Assembly (NCBI GenBank): GCA_001662655.1
Contig: KV460275.1
Strand: one strand, 5' to 3'
DNA from: Pseudogymnoascus verrucosus
Lineage: Eukaryota
Length of the DNA: 22,135 nucleotides
Part shown: positions 1 to 9,108 of the stretch, in pieces
How the letters are laid out: every line of letters begins with the position of its first letter
How positions within the stretch are numbered: position 1 is the stretch's first letter
Made by a program: the position numbers and the translations under genes
The notes under the pieces: model-generated
Seen by the model: only the letters and a program-made list of their open reading frames with translations
Database searches by the model: none
Told to the model about the DNA's origin: nothing

Positions 1-874
1 AAGCCTTCGTGTAGGTTACTAGGTAAGGTATAGGCATAAAGACTAGAATGCCCTTTGTTTGTTAAGAAGGCTAATGGTAGGCAGCTGTATAGGCAGTAGA
101 AGTAGTCTAAATCTGTTTACATAAGGTTGCGTCTTTGTTATGTATATAGCAGTTAGTAGGCAAGGGTCTATATTAGTATCGAATAGAGTTTGCATAGTAT
201 ATGTGTTATCCTAGAATTTTAATGTAAAGGGGAAATTTAGCGCTAACCTAATTTAGACAGCTTTGTTATAAGCTAGAATATGAATTTAAGCTTTGCCTAC
301 AACTTGTTGTTTTCTTTACAACGACGCTAAACCCCCCCCCTCCTAAGACTAGTAAGTAGCCCCTCTAATAGTATAGCTAGATACTAATAGGTTGTTTTTA
401 GATATAAAAACACATCTAACGGTTTAGTAGGTGCTAGGACTATGCTAGCGTAGTAGTGATAACTTAGGCTAGGCTAATAGGAAATTGTAGATTTCTAATT
501 TAAAGATACTAGTTCCCCCTCCTCCTAGCGCCCTTACTATGGCTTTCTACTAGTAGTATATACACTATGTGTACACTAAAGGGTGTAAGAAGGACAGAGA
601 TCCTACTGTCTTATGTATGTAGAGCTTAAAAAGCTCTAAGTGTAAGCGCTATGTAGCCTAACACATAACGTATGTTCTAGTAGGTTCTTGTTTAGCTTTT
701 AGTTTTATAGTTTGTCTGTCTGCCTATTGCTAACCTCTAGAGATAGATCTCCTAGTTTACTAGCCTAGAGTACTAGAAGCTCCTAGCTGCTAAGGCAGCA
801 ACCCCTCCTGTCCCTACTGTCATTAAGGCTGCTATAGTAGAGATTAGGTGTGTAGTTACATTAGCTACTACTAA
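1..874 (-). mobile_element. Older family-A Ty3/Gypsy copy, 3' internal fragment (left of the nested insertion)
   Basis: Colinear with 1237-2110 at offset 1236 (e.g. gactagaatgccctttgttt at 41 and 1277). Differences are mostly C->T/G->A. Its 3' LTR should end about 64 bp before the window. Confidence 0.93.
506..874 (+). pseudogene. 5' half of the antisense accessory gene of the older family-A copy (exon 1, intron 1, part of exon 2)
   Basis: Homologous to 1742-2110. Start ATG reads ATA at 506. Interrupted by the nested element. Confidence 0.7.
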
Positions 875-1173
875 TGTAAGGACATAGGGCACCGTATTAT
901 GAGAAGTTGTATATGGGAGTGCAAGTTAGATAGAAGTCGGTGCAATCCTATAGGTCTACTATAAAGGATATAAAAAAGATGAAGGTGTAACCCTGTATGG
1001 CTGTTCCCTTAAAATACCCGAAACTGCTCTAACTCAGCTAGCTCCCTGTTTGCCTAAGGCTTCCTTACGTTATGTGCCTAAGGCTGTTAGTCGCAACTGA
1101 CCCGTAACGGCCCCGAGTCTCGATGGCGCCACGTAACGGCCGTAACTACCCTAAGTAAGGAGGCATCCTTACA
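875..1173 (-). repeat. 3' LTR of younger family-A element
   Basis: tgtaagga...tccttaca (TG..CA, 8-bp terminal inverted repeat). Same length as and colinear with 8372-8670 and 14946-15244. Confidence 0.97.
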
Positions 1174-1187
1174 CTACCCCCTACCTT
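1174..1187 (-). other. Polypurine tract (plus-strand primer)
   Basis: The - strand reads aaggtagggggtag immediately before the 3' LTR. Confidence 0.8.
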
Positions 1188-1741
1188 AAGAAGGTGCTTT
1201 GTCCTCAAAGCACGCAAGCCGAGTAGCTGCCGCGACGAGCCCTTAGTCGGGTTAGTAGGTGAGGTGCGGGCGCTAAGACTAGAATGCCCTTTGTTTGTCT
1301 AGAAGGCTGATGGTAGGCGGCCGTATAGGCACTAGAAGTGGTCTGAATCCGTTTGCGCAAAGTTGCATCTTTGTTGTGTGCGTGGCGATTAGTAGGCGAG
1401 GGTCCGTATTAGTATCGAATAGAGTCCGCGCGGTATGTGTGTCGTCGTAGAATTTCAATGTAAAGGGGAAATTCAGCGCTAACCCAATTTAGACGGCTTT
1501 GTTATAAGCTAGAATATGAATTCGAGCTTCGCCTACAACTTGTTGTTTTCTTCACAACAACGACGCTAACCCCCCCTCCTAAGACTAGTAAGTGGCCCTT
1601 CCAATGGTACAGCTAGATGCTAATAGGTTGTTTTTAGATACAAAAACACAACTAACGATTTAGTAGGTGACGGAACCGCGCTGGCGCGGTGGTGATAACT
1701 TAGGTTGGGCTGACGGGAAATCGTAGATTTCTAATTTAAAG

Positions 1742-2488
1742 ATGCTAGTTCCCCCTCCTCCCGGCGCCCTCACTGTGGCTTTCTGCCAGTAGTGTATGCG
1801 CTGCGTGCGCGCTAAAGGGTGCAAGAAGGACGGAGATCCCGCCGTCTCGTGTGTGTAGAGCTTAGAAAGCTCTAAGTGTGAGCGCTACGTGGCCTAACAC
1901 GCAACGTGTGTTCTAGTAGGTTCTCGTTTAGCTTTCGGTTTTGTGGTTTGTCTGTCTGCCCGTCGCTGACCTCTAGAGATAGATCTCCTAGTTTACTAGC
2001 CTAGAGTACTAGAAGCTCCTAGCTGCTAAGGCAGCAACCCCTCCCGTCCCTGCTGCCATTAAGGCCGCTACGGCGGAGATTAGGCGTGTGGTTACATTAG
2101 CTACTGCTAATATGCTAAAGTTCCGCTCCCCAGCCGAGCTTTCAGCCTATATGGAGAGTTGCGCCCTCTACGCTACCGTCGAGGACGGTCTAGAGGTAAG
2201 TTTTCCATTTCCCTTGTGTGTTTTTAGTTCTCGCGCTAACGACCGTAGCGGGTCCGCTAGGCCGTGGCCGTCGTGGGCTAGAAATCGGCCCTAATCCTAG
2301 TGAACTAGGAGAAGGAGATCGCTGCCCTTGATGGGGTGGCTTCTGCGGTGGATGCGGTGGGGGAGTTAGTAGAGAGGATCCCCGACGCCCTCGCCGCGGC
2401 GGCGAAGGTAGGCGGTGGTAGGGGGAAGAAGAGGAAGAGGGGGGCGGAGGAGGTGGAGGAGGAGGGGGTGGCCGTCGACCTTAGGTGA
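1742..2488 (+). pseudogene. Antisense, spliced accessory gene (exons 1742-1915, 1983-2195, 2249-2488; ~208 aa) encoding a Zn(II)2Cys6-like Cys-cluster protein with NLS-like motif
   Basis: ATG at 1742. Introns GTAGGT..GCTGAC..TAG (1916-1982) and GTAAGT..GCTAAC..TAG (2196-2248), both phase 0. Joined frame ends at TGA 2486-2488. The 8 internal stops are all TAG/TAA, as RIP produces. Exon 1 reads CMRC-x15-C-x8-CER(C>Y)-x6-C. The C-terminus reads GKKRKRGAEEVEEEG. Confidence 0.78.
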
Positions 2489-2534
2489 TAGGCCCTGTGT
2501 CAGAGGGAACTCAGGCGTGGTCTTTTGCGTGGGG

Positions 2535-5500
2535 TCACTTCAACCCTTCGTCTCTCATGGTAGTAGCCGCTTGTTACGACGCTAGTGAGACGTTTAGGAA
2601 GGGTGGCTTCTGCAAGGGCTACGGCTCTAAGGGTGCCCTAGCTTAGAGGGTGTTTAGTTTAGTGTCGTAGGTAGCAACGACGCTGTTTTCCTCTGCTTTG
2701 CCGTGCCTCTCGTGATCGTAGCTTAGTTTGCCTATCTCCCATTCCGTGATCTAGCTAGGTAGGTCCTACGGCAGTCCTAGTAGGTTTAGGTACTCCGCGT
2801 AGAACTCCCGGATTTTGTAGGGGGAGTTCTTAAAGTTTGAGGCGGGGTACCATTCTAGGTCCGGATCGTATCCGACCTAGGATACCTAGTATTAAAGTTG
2901 TTTTCGCCGGATCCTTACGGCGAGGATCTTTTCGACCTCCTACTCCTCTAGGCCGTCTACGACTTTGCTACTTAGCTTAGGCGCTACTTAACTAGGCAGC
3001 GGGTTATTCGGAGCCTTAATGAGTACGTCTAGAGAGAAGACACTGTGTATTTAGGAACCCTTCGGTAGGTCTAGTCGGAAGGCGTGTCCAATTTGTTCTA
3101 GTACCGTATAGGGTCCGACCCATTGTTGCCCTAGCTTACGGCTAGGGCGGTGATTTTTCAGATTCTTAGTTGATAGGTAAACCTTGTCTCCTACGTCCTA
3201 GTCAATGGCTCGTTAGTATCGATTCGCGTATTTAGACATATCCTCTTGTGCTTTAGCCATGTTCTCCTTTGCGTAAATCTATGCGGAGTGCATGCGGTTT
3301 GCTACTACTTTAGCTTCCTTCTAGTTCATGATTTCCCTAGGGGTCGTGGCTTTTGGGGTTTCCTAGTCCTAACTAGTGCGCGGATTAGTTCCGTACTTAA
3401 GTCGGTAGGGGGTCATTCCGATCGAGGCATGGGGAAGGGTCATTTGCACCCGATCCATGATGGGAATGAGCTCGCTCTAGTTATCCTAGTAATGTGATAC
3501 GAAGGGCCTTAGTCTCTAATCGATATACCGATTCATGATTTCCGTCTACCCGTCGGTCTGCTTGTAATAGGCTGTTGACAGCTTAATCTTAACCCTTATA
3601 ATTCGGTAGAACTCTCGCTAGAAAGCTGATATGAATTAGGGTCCGCAATTACTAATGATCGACTCTAGGGTGTGTCCGAATCGATATATCCATTCGATGA
3701 ATAGCTGCGCCATTTAGTGGGCATCGGTAGTCTTATGACACGGTATGGACACCGAACCCTTACTAAGTCGGTCCATGAACATAAGGATGCTGTCGAATCC
3801 GTGTTTATCCTTTAGGAATTCCTTAAAGTCCATCGTTAGGTGTTGCATGGGGTATTCTAGTACCGGTAGGGGGTATAAGAAGCCTTGCTGCTTCGTGACG
3901 TTAGTGTAAGTGAGTCGGCACGTCACGTAGTTACGTACGTATCGGAGACAATCCGCTTCCATTCCGACCTAATGATACTTTAGGGCGAGTAACTGATAAG
4001 TTTTTCTGCCACTAGGGTGGGCTACTAATACTTAATCGTGTGCTTCCCGTATGAGTTTCGTACATAACTTAGTGTGCTGGGTTACGTACAGTCGACCCTT
4101 ATATAACAATAGTTGGTCCTTCATTATAAACCCATTAGGTAGGGGGTCTTTCGTGCGAGTGTCGGTAAACGACCTCCTATTATCCGCGCAGAGCGCTTCT
4201 ATTAGGTCAAAGGGGACCTAGGTGTTTAGGGCGTCCATTGCATTGATTGAGGCCACGTACGTTTGTGCTAATTCGGCACTGATTTAGGGGTGTAGTTGGG
4301 CTAGGCCTAAAAGCACCCTCGCATAGCTGTCTAGTTTGACCTTCTGCTGTGTAATTAGGTCTTGCTCTCTTCGGCTTAGTATATCTGCCTTCTGATTGTT
4401 CTTGCTAGCTATATATGTAATATAGAAGTTGAAGTTAGAGAGTAGCTCTATCTACCGAACCTGCTTCGCCATAAGAACCTTCGTCGTCATGAAGTATTCT
4501 AGCGATCAGTAATCGGTGTAAACGTCGATTTAGTGGCGTACCGATGTCAATTCTAGCCTCCATTTTGCGAACGCTTTTACGATGGCGAACAGTTCCTTGT
4601 CGTAGATCTCCTAATTGATCTCGTGCCTAGATAGGACGTGACTGTAGAAGCTTACGGGATACCATTGCTTATCTAGGTGTTCCTAAGAAAGAACACTAGC
4701 TACGACTCCGTTAGAGGAGTCTGTTTCCAGCTTTGTAGGCAATTCGGGGTTGAAGTGGTAGAGCGCCTACACGGCTAAAAGCTGTCGGCACATTTCTTTA
4801 AAAGCGTTCTTACATTCGTCAGTCCATAGAAACGGTTCTGAGGGGCTGGTGATAGTAGTAAGAGGCTTGGCTATTTTCCCGAAATTTCTGATAAATTGGC
4901 AGTAGAAGCCGTAGAATCTAAGGTAAGACTTCACGCCTATGACAGTTGTTGGCCGGATCCAATTCCGGAGGGGTTCGATCTTCTCGGGATCCGCTTCGAC
5001 ACCGGTAGTAGTTAGGATATAGCCTAAATACTTTGTCTAGGTTACGTTAAACTTGCATTTCTTAATGTCGGCTTGTAGTCCTGCTTCTTAAAGCCGTTAT
5101 AGGACCTTATGTACGTGGTCCATGTGTTCTGCAGGGTCCTTAGAGTAGATTAGGATGTCGTCTAGGTAGGCAGTACAGAAGTCGTCTAAGTATTGCATAA
5201 GAACGTCGTTCATATACCTCTAATAGGTTGTAGGGCCGTTCGTTAGACTAAACGGCAGCACTTTGCATTTGTAGGATCCATATCGAGTTTGGAAGGTTGT
5301 GTACTCTTCGGAGTTGGGGTCCATTCGTATACGATGGAAGGCTTGCCTAATGTCTAGCTTCGTGAAGATTTTTGCTTTCAACACCCGTCCTAGTAGTTCG
5401 TCGATACGTGGGATAGGGTAGGGGTCGTTATGGGTAAGTCCGTTCAACTTCTAGTAGTCGATACAAAATCTTAGTTTGCCATCTGCCTTCTTTACGAACA

Positions 5501-6770
5501 GTATAGGGGAGGCAAACGGGCTATTGCTATTGACTATAAAGCCCTTCTCGAGGTTCTCTAATAGGTATTGCTTAGTTGCCTTAAGCTCTTCGGTGCTTTG
5601 TCGGTATAGTGGCGAAAAGGCATTTAGTAAAGGGGCTTCTAGTTGTATCTTGTAATCGTATATGCAATGTAGGGGAAGCTGATTAGATTCCGACTTTAAG
5701 AAGACATCGGAATAGTTGCAGTGCATATGCGGAAGCTTGTCCTAAATAAGGCGGAGCGTTTCTTCGTCCTCAGCCGCTTCCCTCTCCTAGATGATCTAGT
5801 CGATCTCGTAGATGCTTGTCGTGAAGAACTTAGAGTCGCTTTGCATCATCTCATAGTAGAAAGCGTTTGCGCTAATCTCGCAAATTTAGACTAGCGTGAA
5901 GCTGCGTAATAGGGTCTAGCGTCGGGAGGGAGAGACAACTCTGCTCCTCCCATGGTTCTTTCTTTTATATGCGGATGGTCCGTTTCTTAGAGGTTTCGCC
6001 TCTACTTGTCCTAAGGGTCTGTCTTTATAGGTTTCTACGGGCAAGGCTCGTGTCCTTAGGGTTTTGGGGTGTGGGTAGGTCGTTCCCTCGTCTTACACCG
6101 AGCTCGGTAGGGTGATCATAATAGCGTCACGATGGGCCGTTATCACTTTCATTAGTATCGAGCGTCTGCCCTCACGTCGTCTGTCGTCATGGTCGATGGC
6201 ATCGTCCCGCTAGTTCGCATCCGATTAATGGGCGGGGTGACGTATAGACAGTTCACGCGAGTGGTAGGCTAAGGTGATCTCTTTGCTCTAGCTAGGAGTA
6301 GGCGGGTACTCCTTTAGCCATACTAGCCAGCTCTTTGCAGAGTCGAGTAGGATTCAGAAGCAGCTAAAAAGCTTCTTCCTAATTATTACATCTTGCGCTC
6401 TAAGATCTAGGAGCACAAAGGGGCAGTTATAGATTTAGCGTCCTTTGACTGTTAAGTGTAACCGAATATACTCCGACACGTAGCTTTAGATATTTTGCTA
6501 AAATCCACGTATGGGTATAGAGTAGGGCAGTTTCTATATAGGGCTCTAGAGCGCTTTTAACAACCGTTACGCGAAAGGCTTATTAATGACGAGGTAGCCA
6601 TTTGCTCCTATGTCTACGAGTGACTTCGTTTGCACCCTGAGTCCGTTCATACTTAGGGTTGTATCAACGAGAAATTAGGAGCCTCCTAAGAGCTCTCGTA
6701 AATCTAGTCCTTACAGATTACATTTGCATAGACCTAGGAAGGAGCCTTTCCCTAGGCCTCGTCGTTTTCC
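2535..6770 (-). pseudogene. pol: pol polyprotein (aspartic protease, RT, RNase H, integrase, chromodomain) with RIP stops; 3' end uncertain (TAA 2643 or TGA 2535)
   Basis: One frame throughout: LVD(T>I)GANGY (6606-6614), [40 protein letters not shown] (5157-5168), LETDSS, EIYDKELFAIV, HLTMDF..MDRLSK, WVGPY, and chromodomain EVEKIL..GYDPDLEWYPASNF (~2800-2945). ORF-track hits 3714-3962, 5220-5447 and 5451-5726 are fragments of it. Confidence 0.96.
6731..6770 (-). promoter_or_regulatory. Putative -1 ribosomal frameshift signal (gag/pol)
   Basis: G GAA AAC (6764-6770), 5-nt spacer, then 10-bp stem ggcctaggga/ttcctaggtc (6749-6758/6731-6740). pol is in the -1 frame relative to gag. Confidence 0.65.
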
Positions 6771-7960
6771 TCTAGGGACGCATCCGACTAGTAGGCGACT
6801 GCTTCCTCCCACTGCTCTTCGTCCTTAGGGGCTTTGCGATCAATCTCCTTAACGGTGGGGTTAAGCGGGCATTTGTCTTGGAAATGGCCCGGCTTGCTGC
6901 ACTTGAAACAGTTCCTAGACGTAGCTGGCACAGCGGTCTGCACGCGGCCTATAATGTCCAGCTTAGGGGCCGTAGGCGTAAAGGGAGTCCTCTAGAAGGA
7001 AACTAGAGGGTTTCTTGTCTGCCTTAGTAGCTAGGCCTTTCTAGGGTCCACGGGCGTGAACCTAGATGAGCTTAGGCGGGCGGGTCCTTAGGAGCTCGAC
7101 TCGCTGCTCTTAGACGGGAAGCTTAACTCGTTGTTCTAGCGCTGCTCCTAATCGAAGGCGGTGAGTTCTTAGACCATGGTGTAGTAGTCTCCCTTCCATT
7201 GACTTTTGATAACTGCTACGTGGCTACGGAATTAAGGGGTCAACTTGTTCTATATGTACCAAAACCATTCCAACTTAGTAACCTGTCCTATAATAGCTAC
7301 ACTTTAGAAGCGAGCTTTAAACTCTAAGAAAGTCTCGTTTGTATGTCCTTTCTCTCCCATTTAGAGGTCGTCAAAGAGGTTCTAGGCCTGTTCCGTTTCG
7401 TTGCTAGTGAGGTAATATGAACCTAACAGGTCCATCATCTCGTCGGCACTCCGAAACCCGTGGGTCGCAGATAGGTATTAGGGTTTGAGGTATTTCTTTG
7501 CTAGGCTAGTCGTAGTCCCCTATATCAACGCTCTTCTCGAGACGTCGGTAGGGTAGTGATCCTCATTAACTACGAGGCGGTCCTAAATGGACGCGCTCCA
7601 TTACATAAAGGTATGTTCTATCCCATCGCTAAGCGGCGTAATCTTCTTAGAGATGGTGGATTTCTTATAGCAATTCGGAGGGTCTTTGGAATACATCCTT
7701 AGAATCGATGGAGAACGAGTGTTTTAAAGAGGCAGCAACTGAACTGTCTTAGGGGTGTTTCGCATAGGGGAAGTTCGTTGCTCTGCAACTTCGACGGTGT
7801 CTACTAGTAGCGTGGACGGAATTCTAGTCTAGGTTGCCGCTAGGTTAGCTATCATTTCCTTAATCTCTTGCATCTAGATCTCGAGGTTTGCCATTCGATC
7901 TAGTATGTCATCGGTAGGTGTAGCAGTCGTAGCTATAGCAGTAGTTTATCTCGTTGACAT
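6752..7960 (-). pseudogene. gag: gag (~402 aa) with RIP stops
   Basis: ATG at 7960 is in frame with zinc knuckle CFKCSKPGHFQDKC (~6870-6910) and with stop TAG 6752-6754 after ENDEA. In-frame ATGs at 8005 and 8014 are alternative starts. Confidence 0.88.
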
Positions 7961-8356
7961 TCGTGACGGTTAACCATCATTGTCTTAGGGGATGTTTAAG
8001 GTCATTTTCCTCATATTAGTTCGGGGGTGTATTAGTGTCGATACGAAAGAGTTTGACTTCTAGTAGCTCGTAGCTATCAACACTCTTGTTTACAATTGCC
8101 TCTATGCTTAAGGGGGTTCTTAAGGATCTCGTATCCTATTTGGCGCTAACGCGTCAGCGACTTTACTAGCTTGCTCTATAGGATCAAACCCTGATCTACT
8201 AGTTGTCTGTGAGTTCTATAGGGTCACGGCTATTTGAAGTCGTTAGGTCTCTACTTCGAAATGTCACTAAGTCGCGGTCGGTAGTGTTTCGACAGTTCTC
8301 CTAAGTCGTTCTAGTTGTGGGATATTATTTACGTACGGCCGTCCCTAGTAGGTGTG

Positions 8357-8369
8357 ATCTTTTTTGTAT
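8357..8369 (-). other. Self-priming primer-binding site
   Basis: atcttttttgtat (8357-8369), 2 nt from the LTR edge, is the exact reverse complement of atacaaaaaagat (8465-8477) inside the 5' LTR. Confidence 0.85.
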
Positions 8370-8371
8370 AA

Positions 8372-8670
8372 TGTAAGGACATAGGGCACTGTATCATAAG
8401 AAGTTGCATATGGGAGTGCAAGTCAGATAGAAGTCGGTGCAATCCTATAGGTCTACTACGAAGGATACAAAAAAGATGAAGGTGTAACCCTATATGGCTG
8501 TTCCCTTAAAATACCCGAAACCGCTCCGACTTAGCTAGCTCCCTGTTTGCCTAAGGCTTCCTTACGTTATGTGCCTAAGGCTGTTAGTTGCAACTGACCT
8601 GTAACGGCCCCGAGTCTCAATGGCGCCACGTAACGGCCGTAACTACCCTGAGTAAGGAGGCATCCTTATA
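8372..8670 (-). repeat. 5' LTR of younger family-A element
   Basis: 299 bp. About 18 differences from 875-1173 by manual count, all transitions. Terminal CA changed to TA. Confidence 0.97.
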
Positions 8671-9062
8671 GCTAATATGCTAAAGTTCTGCTCCTTAGCT
8701 AAGCTTTTAGCCTATATAGAGAGTTGCGCCCTCTACACTACTATTAAGGACAGTCTAGAGGTAAGTTTTCTGTTACCCTTATATGTTTTTAGTTCTTAGG
8801 CTAACAACTATAGTAGGTTTATAAGGCTGTGGCCCTTATAGGCTAGAAGTTGGCCCTAATCCTAGTAAACTAGGAGAAGGAGATCGCTGCCCTTAATAGG
8901 GTAGCTTCTATAGTAGATGTAGTAGGGGAGTTAGTAGAGAGGATCCCTAACGCCCTTACTATAGTAGTAAAGGTAGGTAGTAGTAGGGGGAAGAAGAGGA
9001 AGAGGGGGGTAGAGGAGGTAGTAGAGGTAGAGGAGGAGGGGGTAACTGTTGACCTTAGGTAA
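8671..9062 (+). pseudogene. 3' half of the antisense accessory gene of the older family-A copy
   Basis: Homologous to 2106-2488. Retains GTAAGT donor (8761), GCTAAC branch point and KKRKR codons. Has an in-frame 9-bp insertion. Stop TGA reads TAA. Confidence 0.7.
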
Positions 9063-9108
9063 TAGGCCCTATGTTAGAGGGAACTTAGGTGTAGTCTTTT
9101 GCATAGGG

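Larger units (their letters stand above)
875..8670 (-). mobile_element. Full-length Ty3/Gypsy chromovirus LTR retrotransposon (family A, younger copy, RIP-inactivated), 7796 bp
   Basis: Paired 299-bp LTRs, 5-bp TSD actaa(870-874)/gctaa(8671-8675), PBS, PPT, gag with CCHC knuckle, pol in order PR-RT-RH-IN-chromodomain on the - strand. Confidence 0.97.

Noticed and set aside
2088..2294. 68-aa ORF from the track as a stand-alone gene
   Set aside because: It is part of exon 2 of the spliced antisense gene reading through intron 2 into the wrong frame.
3246..3497. 83-aa + strand ORF
   Set aside because: Shadow ORF opposite the integrase, with no ATG start and no recognisable motif.
2535..7960. 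Abundant in-frame TAG/TAA suggesting stop-codon reassignment or readthrough
   Set aside because: Stops replace both Gln (CAG/CAA) and Trp (TGG) codons and come with CCA->CTA, TGC->TAC and ACA->ATA changes, which is RIP.
7975..8330. Possible upstream ORF and 54-nt sense intron (8136-8189, gtttga..gctgac..tag) in the 5' leader of family A
   Set aside because: Weak donor, no ATG, several stops. Cannot be separated from chance without a consensus or RNA data.
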